A stretch of 35,198 nucleotides of DNA, from contig CAMWJD010000001.1 in the NCBI GenBank assembly GCA_947174515.1, forward strand, positions 1 to 35,198, given 5' to 3'. This DNA is from an uncultured Porphyromonadaceae bacterium (GTDB taxonomy: Bacteria > Bacteroidota > Bacteroidia > Bacteroidales > Muribaculaceae). This document shows, one piece after another, positions 9,195 through 19,163 of this stretch. The notes under the pieces were generated by a model, which searched no databases, had not been told where the DNA came from, and saw only the letters and a program-made list of their open reading frames with translations. Every line of letters starts with the position of its first letter. Position 1 is the stretch's first letter. The position numbers and the translations under genes were made by a program.

Positions 9195-10442
9195 ATGGTA
9201 GGACTTGCCGATTGCAATAATTTCTTTGTGAGTTGCGAGCGTACGCTCAATCCGGCTCTTGAAAACCGTGCTGTCGTCGTTTTGAGCAACAACGACGGTT
9301 GTGTAGTGGCGCGCAGCAACGAGGCGAAACGTGCCGGAATAAAGATGGGTCAGCCGGCGTTTCAGATAAAAGACCGCATAAGAAGCGGCGAGATTGTGGC
9401 CTTGAGCGGAAACCACCTTCTTTACCGCGACATAAGCCTCCGGGTCCATGATATTTTCAGGAGATATGCTCCATGCACCATAGATTATAGCGTAGACGAG
9501 GCTTTTCTGCTCATGGACGGCATACCGGATTCCGCACTCCGCGACATCGGGGAGGCTATAGCGCGAAGCTGCTGGGACGAACTTCACATTCCAGTCACCA
9601 TAGGGTTTGCGCCGAGCAAGACATTGGCAAAGATAGTATCTGAAAGCTGCAAGAAAAGAGGCCGGCGTGTCGGAGTCCTTCTTGACGCGGAGTCTGCACG
9701 TCCTGTAATGCAGAAAATGTCCATATCTGATCTTTGGGGCATAGGAAGAAGACTCTCAAAGCGGCTGTACACTTCCGGTATATATACCATAGCCGACTTT
9801 GCCGACAAGGAATTGGGATGGATTCGTGCAAATCTCGGTGTAAACGGTGAGCGCTCATGGCGTGAACTGCATGGTGAGCATTGCATTGAACTGAGTCATG
9901 TGCAGGCGCCGCTTCAGGACTCGGTGAGCGAGAGCCGTACATTTCCCGAAGATGTGGATGACTACGACTATATCCGGGCACGTATTGCGATCTACGCTTC
10001 CGACTGCAGTAAGAAACTTCGAGCCATGGGAGGAGAATGTAGACTTGTTGGAGTAATGCTTCAGACCAACAGGTTCCATACTGAACGAGGTAAAGCACAT
10101 CCCGAAGGATGCGTAAGGTTTGTCGATCCCACAAGCGACACGGTAAACATCTGCAATGCGGCCCTGTCGATTCTCGACAGGATATTCATTCCGGATATGC
10201 TCTTTAAAAGAGCCGGCGTTTGGCTTAGTGATATAGTTCCTGCAAAGTCAGTGACACCGTCACTTTTCGATTCTCAGGATTACATGAGGGACAGGGCATC
10301 GCGGACACACCTCATGAAAGCAATCGACAGCATCAACCTTGGCCCGGGCATGCCGGTGCTTAAACTCGCTTCCCAGATCACTCAGGGTCATGCAGGCCAC
10401 AACGACGGCTACTCCAGCACCTTCCAGGCCCCGACAAAATAA
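9195..10442 (+). CDS. umuC: Y-family translesion DNA polymerase, UmuC (Pol V)-like
   Basis: DCNNFFVSCE, SNNDGCVVARSNEAK and YSVDEAF catalytic motifs; SKTLAK; LWGIGRR helix-hairpin-helix. Confidence 0.85.
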   Translation: MVGLADCNNFFVSCERTLNPALENRAVVVLSNNDGCVVARSNEAKRAGIKMGQPAFQIKDRIRSGEIVALSGNHLLYRDISLRVHDIFRRYAPCTIDYSVDEAFLLMDGIPDSALRDIGEAIARSCWDELHIPVTIGFAPSKTLAKIVSESCKKRGRRVGVLLDAESARPVMQKMSISDLWGIGRRLSKRLYTSGIYTIADFADKELGWIRANLGVNGERSWRELHGEHCIELSHVQAPLQDSVSESRTFPEDVDDYDYIRARIAIYASDCSKKLRAMGGECRLVGVMLQTNRFHTERGKAHPEGCVRFVDPTSDTVNICNAALSILDRIFIPDMLFKRAGVWLSDIVPAKSVTPSLFDSQDYMRDRASRTHLMKAIDSINLGPGMPVLKLASQITQGHAGHNDGYSSTFQAPTK

Positions 10443-10719
10443 TCTCCACTTAGATTCGTTTTGTATGAAGTCCGGCACCCGCTAACTCTTTTTCTGTTTA
10501 CTGACCGTCCATTTCCGGATATTAGTTTCTTTATGAAGCAAATTTTCGAAAAAAATCTCATATTTCCTATCCCTTATTTCTGATTTTGTCCATATTTTTA
10601 CCATATATATCAAAACGTCGGCTAAAACAGATATCGGTCTTTAAAACACGTCTGGTTACAACTTCATATCCTTAATTCATGATAAATCGTTATATTAATA
10701 AGAACAATTCCATTAAACA

Positions 10720-12135
10720 ATGAATATTATCAGGAAAACTATGTTTTTAGCATTGACGGTTACTGTCTTTATGTCGACATTCTGTCAGTGCGGACGAAAT
10801 AAAGGAAAACAAATAGACCTTGACGGGATGCATGTGCAGATGCCGGATACTTTGCGTGTCGGAATGCTCAACTCCCCCACTACATATTTTGATTACCGAG
10901 GCACTCCTATGGGCTATGACTATGAACTGATGTCCCGGTTTTCAAAATTCTACGGCCTGCAATTCAAGGTCGTCATAGGCGGAACCATATCGGAGATGAT
11001 ACAATGGCTTGATGATGGCAAGATAGATATTTTGGCGAGTCCGGTGCCTGTGACTGCTGAATTTCAGGAGCGGGCATTGCTGTGCGGCCCCCGCAATGTC
11101 AGCAACCAGGTCCTGGTGCAGAATATAGATATATCTAAAGGTTCAATCGTGAAGGATGTTACGGATCTGATCGGTCGTGAAGTGATCGTGCAAAACGATT
11201 CCAAATACTTCTATCGTATGCAGAACCTCAACGAGGAGGTCGGAGGAGGAATAAAGATAATTCCTCTTGCTAAAGACACAATTAGCGATGATGATCTTCT
11301 GAGCATGGTATGGAAAGGAGAAATACCTATGACAGTAGTGGATTCCGACGTTGCGGAAGCAGCCCTCTCCTATTATCCGGGTCTTGATATATCAGTGAAG
11401 GTCAGTCTTGACCAATATTCCCGTTGGGCTGTCGCATCTGATTCGTATGGCTTTGCAAATGCTCTCGACCGTTGGTTTGCCGATGAAAAAGAGAATGTCT
11501 CGGAAGTATTCAAAAAATACTATCACATGTCGAAACTTGAGTTTTTCGATGCTCCTCATGACGGGCTTGATGATTTAAAGACTTTGGTTTTCACCGATGG
11601 CCGCATATCTCCTTACGATAATATTTTCAAAGCGGCAGGAAAGAAATCAGGACTTGACTGGAGGCTTATCGCCGCAATAGCGTATGTGGAATCACACTTC
11701 GATGCTGACGTCACAAGCTGGGCAGGAGCCCTCGGTATAATGCAGGTGATGCCGCGTACCGCTACTTCCCACGGTTATACTCCACAGGATATGCTTGATG
11801 CGGCAAAATGTGTCGATGTGGCTGTCAAGACCCTTTCCGATCTCAATGAAATGTTTGAGAAGAGAATCAAGGATTCCGATGAAAGGGAAAACTTCATACT
11901 TGCTTCTTATAATTCCGGCCCCGGACATATTCTTGACGCCATAGCTCTTGCCGACAAATATGGCTTGAATCCGTGTAAATGGAATGATAATGTAGAAGCG
12001 GCAGCTATCATGAAGTCAAAACCCGCTTATTACAGGGATCCTGTTGTGAAAAATGGATATTTTCGTGGCACGGAGACAGTCAATTTTGTCCACAAAGTCC
12101 AAGCTGTCTACAATTACTTTAAAGACCGCACTTAA
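10720..12135 (+). CDS. MltF-like lytic transglycosylase (solute-binding domain plus SLT domain)
   Basis: N-terminal signal; DTLRVG...GYDYEL binding-protein domain; SLT motifs YVESHF, GALGIMQVMP, ASYNSGPGH. Confidence 0.88.
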   Translation: MNIIRKTMFLALTVTVFMSTFCQCGRNKGKQIDLDGMHVQMPDTLRVGMLNSPTTYFDYRGTPMGYDYELMSRFSKFYGLQFKVVIGGTISEMIQWLDDGKIDILASPVPVTAEFQERALLCGPRNVSNQVLVQNIDISKGSIVKDVTDLIGREVIVQNDSKYFYRMQNLNEEVGGGIKIIPLAKDTISDDDLLSMVWKGEIPMTVVDSDVAEAALSYYPGLDISVKVSLDQYSRWAVASDSYGFANALDRWFADEKENVSEVFKKYYHMSKLEFFDAPHDGLDDLKTLVFTDGRISPYDNIFKAAGKKSGLDWRLIAAIAYVESHFDADVTSWAGALGIMQVMPRTATSHGYTPQDMLDAAKCVDVAVKTLSDLNEMFEKRIKDSDERENFILASYNSGPGHILDAIALADKYGLNPCKWNDNVEAAAIMKSKPAYYRDPVVKNGYFRGTETVNFVHKVQAVYNYFKDRT

Positions 12136-12137
12136 AC

Positions 12138-13322
12138 TTATTTGCATAAGAGCGACAATAACCACATGCGCTGCTCCCGCTGATATTGAAGTTCAAGAAG
12201 GTCGAGATGTGCTTCGCTGAACCATGAGCGCTCCTGCAGATAATCCGTAAGAGATAACTCCCCGCCTTTATAAGCTTTCATTAGCAAAGTATTGTAATCG
12301 GTAGTAGCAAATACTTCCATAGGCACTTTCAAAGCCTTGTCTATAAGCTGCACTTCTTCATATAGGGCAGTGATCTCCGACTCTACTCTGTCAGTCGTGA
12401 CAGTGACCTGATACTCAGCTACCGCCTTCGCTGCCTTCGCTGCTTTAACCTTTCCTTTATTGGCAAACAATGGTATAGAAACGCCAAGCGTGGCGCCATT
12501 GAAATGCATCGCATCTTCAAAATCATGATGATATCCTATCGATATATTGGGCAATCCTTCCGCCTTCGCCACACCAATGTTTCTATCGGCAACCTCAAGA
12601 TCAGACAATGCCTTCTTTAATTCCGGGTTAGTCCTTGCTTCTTCCAAATACTCCTCTAAGGAATGTGTCGGAGTCATCACCCACTCGCGATCTATGCTCT
12701 TAAGAAGGGACATGCAGTCATATCCTCCGTTGAGAGTTTTCAGATTTCCCTCACTCCCGGTTTTTTCCGCTTCAAGATTGGCAATCACCGTATTCACACG
12801 ACTCTGTTCAAGTGTTATCTTTGAAAGATCAAGACGAGACATTTGTCCTCCCTTGTTTGCTCTTACAGAAGCGTTATAAAGCGAATCCGTTGCTGACTGA
12901 ATATTGCGCATCATCTCAATTCTGCGCTCTGAATATAGATATGTGCCTATTTCCTTAAGAATCTCCACATACTTGTTGTAAATCCCGGCATCGGCATCAG
13001 CTGCATTTGCATCCCGCATAGCTTTTCCAAGATTCCGTCGTGACTGATATACCCCCGGCCATTCCATTTCATAGCCGATCGCAACATTCCAACGGTTATC
13101 TACGCCTGCCGGCATCACCATGTAATCACCCTCTATGCTCGGATCCGGTGCATTGGCAAGAGTGCGTGTCTCGAGATCCTTCGCGTTTTGTTCAACAGCT
13201 ATCTGGAGTCTGTCGCCATTTCTGCTTAATATTGCATTTGCCGCTTCCTGCGGAGTTATAGGATATGCCGTAGCATTCCACATGAGTGCCGGCAATATAG
13301 CTATATAATATCTTTTTTTCAT
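12138..13322 (-). CDS. TolC-family outer-membrane efflux channel
   Basis: Signal peptide, helical repeats, GVSIPLF and AYKGGELSLTDYL motifs; last gene of an MFP-RND-OMF cluster. Confidence 0.88.
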   Translation of the reverse strand: MKKRYYIAILPALMWNATAYPITPQEAANAILSRNGDRLQIAVEQNAKDLETRTLANAPDPSIEGDYMVMPAGVDNRWNVAIGYEMEWPGVYQSRRNLGKAMRDANAADADAGIYNKYVEILKEIGTYLYSERRIEMMRNIQSATDSLYNASVRANKGGQMSRLDLSKITLEQSRVNTVIANLEAEKTGSEGNLKTLNGGYDCMSLLKSIDREWVMTPTHSLEEYLEEARTNPELKKALSDLEVADRNIGVAKAEGLPNISIGYHHDFEDAMHFNGATLGVSIPLFANKGKVKAAKAAKAVAEYQVTVTTDRVESEITALYEEVQLIDKALKVPMEVFATTDYNTLLMKAYKGGELSLTDYLQERSWFSEAHLDLLELQYQREQRMWLLSLLCK

Positions 13323-13340
13323 ATTTTTAATTCACATTAT

Positions 13341-16300
13341 TTATGCAAACTTTGACTTTCGTTTTTTACGCTCTTCTATCTTTTTGTAAATCAACGGAAC
13401 GATGAATATATTCAATAGTGTGGAACTTATCAGTCCTCCTAAAATAACTATGGCAAGAGGAGATTGCAGCTCGTTTCCTGGTTCGCCGCCTCTCATTGCG
13501 ATAGGCACGAGCGCAAGTGCCGACGTGAGAGCTGTCATGATTATCGGTAGAAGCCGGTCGGTTGAGCCGATGCGTATTCTTTCTTCTATACCTACGCCTT
13601 CTGATTTAAGACGCTTGTAGCGCGAAATCAAAAGCATTCCATTTCGTGTCGATATGCCCATCAGCGAAATAAATCCTATGATTGCAGGGATGTTTATCTC
13701 CCCGGTTGTCAATCTTAATATCAACACACCGCCGATCAATGCAAGGGGCATATTTACAAGAATTGTCAGTGATTCAGCCACATCTTTGAATTCAGCGTAG
13801 ATGAGGAAGAATATTATGAATATTGCAAGTATGGAGGTTATGGCAAGCATGCGCGATGCAGCCTCTTCATTTTCAAACTGACCGCCGTAAGTCACAAAAT
13901 AACCTTCCGGAAGCGCTACATGATCAGAAATCTGTGATTTAATGTCGTCTACAGTCCCTTTGAGATCTCGTCCGTCTACGTTCGCTGATACAGTCAGCAG
14001 ACGACTAACGTTCTCACGGTTGATGGTGTTAGGACCACTCCCTGTTTTGATATCCGCCACGTATGACAGCGGAATCATTCCTTCATTACTGTCAATCATC
14101 AGGTCTTCTATTCTCTCTTTCGTATCACGCTTTGAATTTTCAACCTTGACTGTAAGATCATATGGACGATTTCCCACAAACACTTGACTGACAACCTCAC
14201 CCCCTATTGCCATCTGCACGTATTTGCTGAATTCAGGCATAGTGATGCCATATTTCGCAAGCATCTCACGTCGCGGCACTATGTCGATCTGCGGACGCGA
14301 TATCTGTTGCTCTACATTGACGTCTACCACACCCGGAATCTCTTTCATTTCAGCACCGATTTCCTTGCCGAGTGAATAGAGCTTATCAAGGTCTTCTCCA
14401 AAAATTTTGACCGCGATCTGCGATTGTGATCCGCTGAGCATCGCATCTATGCGATGAGAAATCGGTTGTCCTATCTCTACATTCACGCCCGGCAGTTCTG
14501 ATAATTTCTCGCGTAGTTCCCGCGTCACTTCAGTTTTATTTCTTCCCTTATCCAGGACATATGGCACTTCCATCTCGGAAACGTTCACTCCGAGCGCGTG
14601 CTCGTCAAGTTCGGCACGGCCGGTCTTTCTTGCCACATTCCTTACTTCCGGCACAGAGAGGATGATTCTTTCAGCCGCCATTCCGATACTGTCGCTCTGC
14701 TCAAGAGAAATGCCGGGCATAGCACTGACATTGATTGTGAAACTTCCTTCATTAAATCCGGGCAAGAAACTACGTCCTAATGTGAAAAATATGATTACGG
14801 ATGCCACAAAAAGAACCGCCACTCCTATCACGACAGGGCGGGGATACTTTAGCACCTTTTTCAGTAAACGCTCATATATCTCTCTTATCCGGAGTGCCAT
14901 TTTCGGCTCTTTGTTGAGTTCTTCATCTTCCTTTTTGCTGTTGCCCGCCAGCAGATAACTGCACAGCACCGGAGTGAGTGTCAACGCAACTACAGTCGAA
15001 GCTGCGAGAGCCACGATGAATGCAATGCCGAGTGGCTTTAGAAGTCGGCCCTCTATTCCGCTAAGGAAGAATAACGGTATAAAAGATGCAACGATTATAA
15101 GTGTGGAATTAAGGATAGGTTGGCGTACCTCCCTTGAAGCTTCAAACACCACCTTTATGACCGGCAATCGAGATTCAATGTCTTTCCTGCTATTTTCTCT
15201 CAGTCTTTTATAAACATTTTCCACATCGACTATGGCATCATCAACAAGCGACCCTATAGCGATCGCTATTCCTCCAAGTGTCATCGTGTTGATGGAGAAT
15301 CCCATAAAGTAGAGCGCAATAACAGTGATGAGTATGGAGAGCGGGATAGCGATAACTGAAATTACGGTCGTCTTGAGGTTCATCAGGAAGAAGAAAAGCA
15401 CTATTATGACAAAAAGCGCACCTTCAAGAAGCGATTGCTGCAGATTGCTCACTGATGTTTGGATAAACTCACTTTGATTGAAAATCTCAGTGTCAATATT
15501 GATACCGGCTGGAAGAGAACCTTTCAGATTGTCAAGTTCCTTGTGGATTTCTTTGGTCAATTCTATTGAGCCTGCCCCTGACTGCTTGGTGACAGTGACA
15601 AGCACAGCCGGAGTAGTCCGTACTGTGGCGGAACCTATCTTCGGTGTCTTGGGGCCAATCTTGACTTCCGCGATATCATTTAATCTCACACTCCGCCCGG
15701 TTTTTGTCTTTACGGCAGACGCTCCGATTTCATCTACATCTTGTGAAGAAGTGATTCCTTTTATCAAGTATTCATTCCCATATTCATAAGTGGAGCCACC
15801 TGATGTGTTGACATTCATATTTTCGGTTGCTTCAGCCATATCCGACAGGGCAACACCATAATGTCTCATTTTCTCAGGACTTAGAAGAATTTGATATTCC
15901 AATTCGTCGCCACCTATCACTGATACCTGACTGACACCTCCTATTGACAAAAGACGAGGACGTATGGTGCGGTCAGCCACACTGCGCAGTTCACCTATAT
16001 CAAGGGTTTCGGATGTCAATCCGATAATCATTATTTCGCCAAGAATTGATGACTGAGGTCCCATCACCGGCGTTCCCACTGTCGGCGGCAGATTTCCCTC
16101 AATGCCAGAGAGCCGTTCGCTTACTGTCTGACGAGCACGATAGGCATCCGTATTCCAATCAAATTCCACCCATACAATGGAGAATCCGGTAGCTGAGCTT
16201 GATCTCACTCTTCTTACTCCGGCAGCTCCATTGACGGCCGTTTCAATAGGATATGTCACGGTCCGCTCCACTTCCTCGGGTGCCAGACCTGAGGCTTCGG

Positions 16301-16454
16301 TCATTATCGCGACTGTCGGAGCATTAAGATCAGGGAAGATATCTATTTCCGTGCGCGCAAGCACGAGCAGACCTGCAATGAGAATTACACATGAAGCAAA
16401 GACAACAATAAGTCTGTTGGTCAGCGACCAGTTAATTATCTTATTCAGCATCAC
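13341..16454 (-). CDS. CusA/CzcA-family heavy-metal RND efflux pump (ATG at 16451 is the likelier start than GTG at 16454)
   Basis: IDIFPDLNAPTV, AIGSLVDDAIVDVEN, DRLLPIIMTALT, PLAIVILGGL; 1037 aa with two transmembrane blocks. Confidence 0.93.
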   Translation of the reverse strand: MMLNKIINWSLTNRLIVVFASCVILIAGLLVLARTEIDIFPDLNAPTVAIMTEASGLAPEEVERTVTYPIETAVNGAAGVRRVRSSSATGFSIVWVEFDWNTDAYRARQTVSERLSGIEGNLPPTVGTPVMGPQSSILGEIMIIGLTSETLDIGELRSVADRTIRPRLLSIGGVSQVSVIGGDELEYQILLSPEKMRHYGVALSDMAEATENMNVNTSGGSTYEYGNEYLIKGITSSQDVDEIGASAVKTKTGRSVRLNDIAEVKIGPKTPKIGSATVRTTPAVLVTVTKQSGAGSIELTKEIHKELDNLKGSLPAGINIDTEIFNQSEFIQTSVSNLQQSLLEGALFVIIVLFFFLMNLKTTVISVIAIPLSILITVIALYFMGFSINTMTLGGIAIAIGSLVDDAIVDVENVYKRLRENSRKDIESRLPVIKVVFEASREVRQPILNSTLIIVASFIPLFFLSGIEGRLLKPLGIAFIVALAASTVVALTLTPVLCSYLLAGNSKKEDEELNKEPKMALRIREIYERLLKKVLKYPRPVVIGVAVLFVASVIIFFTLGRSFLPGFNEGSFTINVSAMPGISLEQSDSIGMAAERIILSVPEVRNVARKTGRAELDEHALGVNVSEMEVPYVLDKGRNKTEVTRELREKLSELPGVNVEIGQPISHRIDAMLSGSQSQIAVKIFGEDLDKLYSLGKEIGAEMKEIPGVVDVNVEQQISRPQIDIVPRREMLAKYGITMPEFSKYVQMAIGGEVVSQVFVGNRPYDLTVKVENSKRDTKERIEDLMIDSNEGMIPLSYVADIKTGSGPNTINRENVSRLLTVSANVDGRDLKGTVDDIKSQISDHVALPEGYFVTYGGQFENEEAASRMLAITSILAIFIIFFLIYAEFKDVAESLTILVNMPLALIGGVLILRLTTGEINIPAIIGFISLMGISTRNGMLLISRYKRLKSEGVGIEERIRIGSTDRLLPIIMTALTSALALVPIAMRGGEPGNELQSPLAIVILGGLISSTLLNIFIVPLIYKKIEERKKRKSKFA

Positions 16455-16463
16455 GATCCGGGT

Positions 16464-17696
16464 TTAATGGTTATGCGTATGTCCCGGAACCGCGGTTGCT
16501 GATGTCTCAGCCATTCTGACCACTTGCGCTCCCTTTACCACTACTTCTTCGTCGGGCTCCAATCCGGAAAGTATTTCAATTCTCTTTCCGTCAGTTGCGC
16601 CTGTAGTGACCACATGTTTCATAAAATGACCTTCTCCATGGGCGGTATATACACATTTATTGCCGCTAATCTCCACAATGGCTTCTTTCGGCACTGACAA
16701 TACATTTCCTCTTGATTCTGAAATAAGATACACTTCAGCAAAAGCACCCGGGGCCACTGCCCCATTGTTAGTAAAAGTAAAATATAGAGGTATGTATCCA
16801 TTTTCAGCTACCGCTGATCCGGGATTGGATATTATTTTCCCTCCAAGTTCTTTTACATTATATGTTGCTTCTGATGAAGCGGGCCTGAAATTGGCATCTG
16901 TTATTCCGGATAGCAGTGTGATGTACTTTTCCGGCACGTCTGCACGCAACGTCAGACTTGTATTGCCACTTACAGCGGCAATTCTTTGTCCTATCTCAAC
17001 ATATTCGCCGCTTTTTGCAAAGAGCTGTGTGATGACACCTGTTTTAGGAGAATTGACATTGACACTTCCTTGCTTCAACAGCTTTAAAGATGCCTCGGCC
17101 TCTTCATAAGCCCTGAGAGCGTTATTATACTCTTCGGTACTGACAATCCCATCTTCATGCAGAGGTTTCAATCGGTCAAGTTCCCTTTTAGCCGCATTCC
17201 GTGCGGCTACTGCCTGAACAGTTGGATCGCCACCTTGCACATTGGAGGCGGATATTGTTCCAAGTGAGCTACCGGCTGATACTTTGACACCTACATTTAT
17301 GTTGGGCGACAGTGTCAGCAGGCCGCTTCGGGTGGTTGTGGCTATTCCTTCATCAGATGCTTTGGATTCGATCATTCCTGACACCAATGTGACATTGGAA
17401 AATGCAGATGGTACGATACGTTCGATCATAACTCCGAATTTTTCGGCAGAATTAGCCTTAAGCTCAATCAATTGGCTATGGTCATGCCCCTCATGTCCTT
17501 CTTCATGTTGCTCTTCTTCCGAATGGCCGTCATGATCGTGATCGTCATCATCTTCATCATGGTGGTCGTGTGACTCTGTATGTTCTTTGCCATTGGAATG
17601 GACGCAACTCACAGTCGATCCGCTCCATGCAAGAGCAGCAAATATCAGTAGTGAAATTTTTATATTACTCTTATTCATTGCAATTATACTTTTCAT
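16464..17696 (-). CDS. RND periplasmic adaptor (MFP) lipoprotein with His/acidic-rich N-terminus
   Basis: Lipobox-like TVSC, a His/Asp/Glu tract, SPKTGVI and IEILSGL MFP motifs, C-terminal GHTHNH. Confidence 0.9.
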   Translation of the reverse strand: MKSIIAMNKSNIKISLLIFAALAWSGSTVSCVHSNGKEHTESHDHHDEDDDDHDHDGHSEEEQHEEGHEGHDHSQLIELKANSAEKFGVMIERIVPSAFSNVTLVSGMIESKASDEGIATTTRSGLLTLSPNINVGVKVSAGSSLGTISASNVQGGDPTVQAVAARNAAKRELDRLKPLHEDGIVSTEEYNNALRAYEEAEASLKLLKQGSVNVNSPKTGVITQLFAKSGEYVEIGQRIAAVSGNTSLTLRADVPEKYITLLSGITDANFRPASSEATYNVKELGGKIISNPGSAVAENGYIPLYFTFTNNGAVAPGAFAEVYLISESRGNVLSVPKEAIVEISGNKCVYTAHGEGHFMKHVVTTGATDGKRIEILSGLEPDEEVVVKGAQVVRMAETSATAVPGHTHNH

Positions 17697-17700
17697 AATG

Positions 17701-17708
17701 CAAAATTA
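17701..17708 (-). promoter_or_regulatory. -7 promoter element of the RND operon
   Basis: Reads TAATTTTG on the minus strand and lies just downstream of the upstream terminator. Confidence 0.6.
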
Positions 17709-17730
17709 CAAAAAAATTAGCAGTAATTAC

Positions 17731-17764
17731 AAAAAAACGACCTCACATTACTGTGAGATCGTTT
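17731..17764 (-). terminator. Intrinsic terminator after the beta-barrel gene
   Basis: Minus strand AAACGATCTCAC-agtaat-GTGAGGTCGTTT followed by TTTT. Confidence 0.85.
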
Positions 17765-17785
17765 GAAATATTATTAGAGGTGGTC

Positions 17786-19144
17786 TTAGAATTGGACATT
17801 AAAACCAAGATGCAAATCTACATTTGAAGTCAGTGGAATGTAATTCTTATCCAGTTTAATATGTGCATAGTCCATTCCAAGCACAAAATTAACCCCCTTA
17901 TTGCCGAGATTCAGCAGGAAGCCGTAGTTTGCCCCATATGTACCTGCGGCACCGCTGACTGCCAGAGAAAACCAGTTGACGGGTTCTATGTTAGCTGACA
18001 ATCGGAATTCTGTGTAAGGGAAAATTTTACTCATGTCAGTTGTGTTGAGAAGACCGAAATGAAGTTTCTTGTAGAATGGGAATTTATAATTCACACCGGC
18101 CCTCATCTTTCCTTGCAGAGGCATTGAAGATTTCACTGTGCCCTTATCTTTAAGTTCATAAAGTTTTGCAATGTCATCAGTCATATTATCCCAACTTTCA
18201 TCGCCTTCTCCAATGCTCAATGGGAATTTATTGCTTTCAAAGATTTGAGTGCCGTCTGTGGAGGCTTCCTGCACCTTGTTGTAGCCGATTGTTCCCAAGT
18301 CAGTGAAGGCTAAAGAGAATGTAAAGTCGTTCCATTCATATGTAGCACCGAAATCAAGACCAAAGCCGAAACCATTGATGCCAAATTTCACATCATCTGT
18401 GTTCACACCGCTTACGTATTCCCTGCCATTGTCATTTACTTCAGTCTCATATCTCACTCCGTCTAAGCCAACTCTTATTCGCGCATCAGAAAGGATACGC
18501 CAGTTATCTTTTCCAAGATCAAGTTTCAGTTCGTTGAAATCAGCCTGGAAGAAACCTGCGGGGAGCATGAATTTCAAACTTACACCTGCGCGCAAGCCAG
18601 GCACCTGCTTTATCTCACGAGAATGGTTGAGGGCTATTTCAGCGTAGGCACATCCTTTAAGGCGGAAGTCGGTGATGTCATATACCTTGTTGGTCAATCC
18701 TTCCTTCGCAAGAGAGAACAATCCTTTCGGCACATCAAAGTTCATATTCTCTTTTATATTGATGGCAAAATTGTTGTATCCTCCGAACGCTTTGAATCCG
18801 AATTGAATTACACCCAAGCCTAAAGATTCAGATAGTCTGTTGACTTTCGAAAGATTTCCCATCACTTTCTCTACCTTGATATTCGGATTGGTAAACAATA
18901 CGGTTCTCCCATCATATGGATACACAATATCGGTTGCACTCAGATTGCCGTTTATTCCTGCATTTATGTTACCGAGGCCTGGAATACCAATGTAAGTAAG
19001 ACGATTGCTCAAGGCAGGGTTTAACTGCCACTTCATATTGTAATTTTCCAAGAAGTAGCCGGATGATGACGGCTGTGCATATGCTGTCATCACAGAGACT
19101 GCTGAGAATGAGAGCGCGAGTAGTTTTTTTGTTATGTTGTTCAT
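17786..19144 (-). CDS. Outer-membrane beta-barrel protein, DUF5723-like
   Basis: SPI signal ending AYA-Q, N-terminal LNPA motif, alternating strands (GFGLDFGATYEW, FSLAFTDLG), C-terminal beta-signal LGFNVQF. The family name is from recall. Confidence 0.75.
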   Translation of the reverse strand: MNNITKKLLALSFSAVSVMTAYAQPSSSGYFLENYNMKWQLNPALSNRLTYIGIPGLGNINAGINGNLSATDIVYPYDGRTVLFTNPNIKVEKVMGNLSKVNRLSESLGLGVIQFGFKAFGGYNNFAINIKENMNFDVPKGLFSLAKEGLTNKVYDITDFRLKGCAYAEIALNHSREIKQVPGLRAGVSLKFMLPAGFFQADFNELKLDLGKDNWRILSDARIRVGLDGVRYETEVNDNGREYVSGVNTDDVKFGINGFGFGLDFGATYEWNDFTFSLAFTDLGTIGYNKVQEASTDGTQIFESNKFPLSIGEGDESWDNMTDDIAKLYELKDKGTVKSSMPLQGKMRAGVNYKFPFYKKLHFGLLNTTDMSKIFPYTEFRLSANIEPVNWFSLAVSGAAGTYGANYGFLLNLGNKGVNFVLGMDYAHIKLDKNYIPLTSNVDLHLGFNVQF

Positions 19145-19163
19145 TGCTGTTCAGTGCTATGGT

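Noticed and set aside
9159-10134. Antisense ORFs of 142, 100 and 179 aa over umuC
   Set aside because: They lie almost entirely opposite a well-supported gene in a GC-richer stretch and carry no recognisable motifs.
10443-10719. 277-nt gap after umuC as a umuD remnant or sRNA
   Set aside because: I could not identify an ORF, a peptidase S24 motif, a convincing hairpin or a consensus promoter.
17476-17585. CAT/GAT-rich low-complexity DNA as a tandem repeat locus
   Set aside because: It is explained by the His/Asp/Glu tract of the RND adaptor protein.
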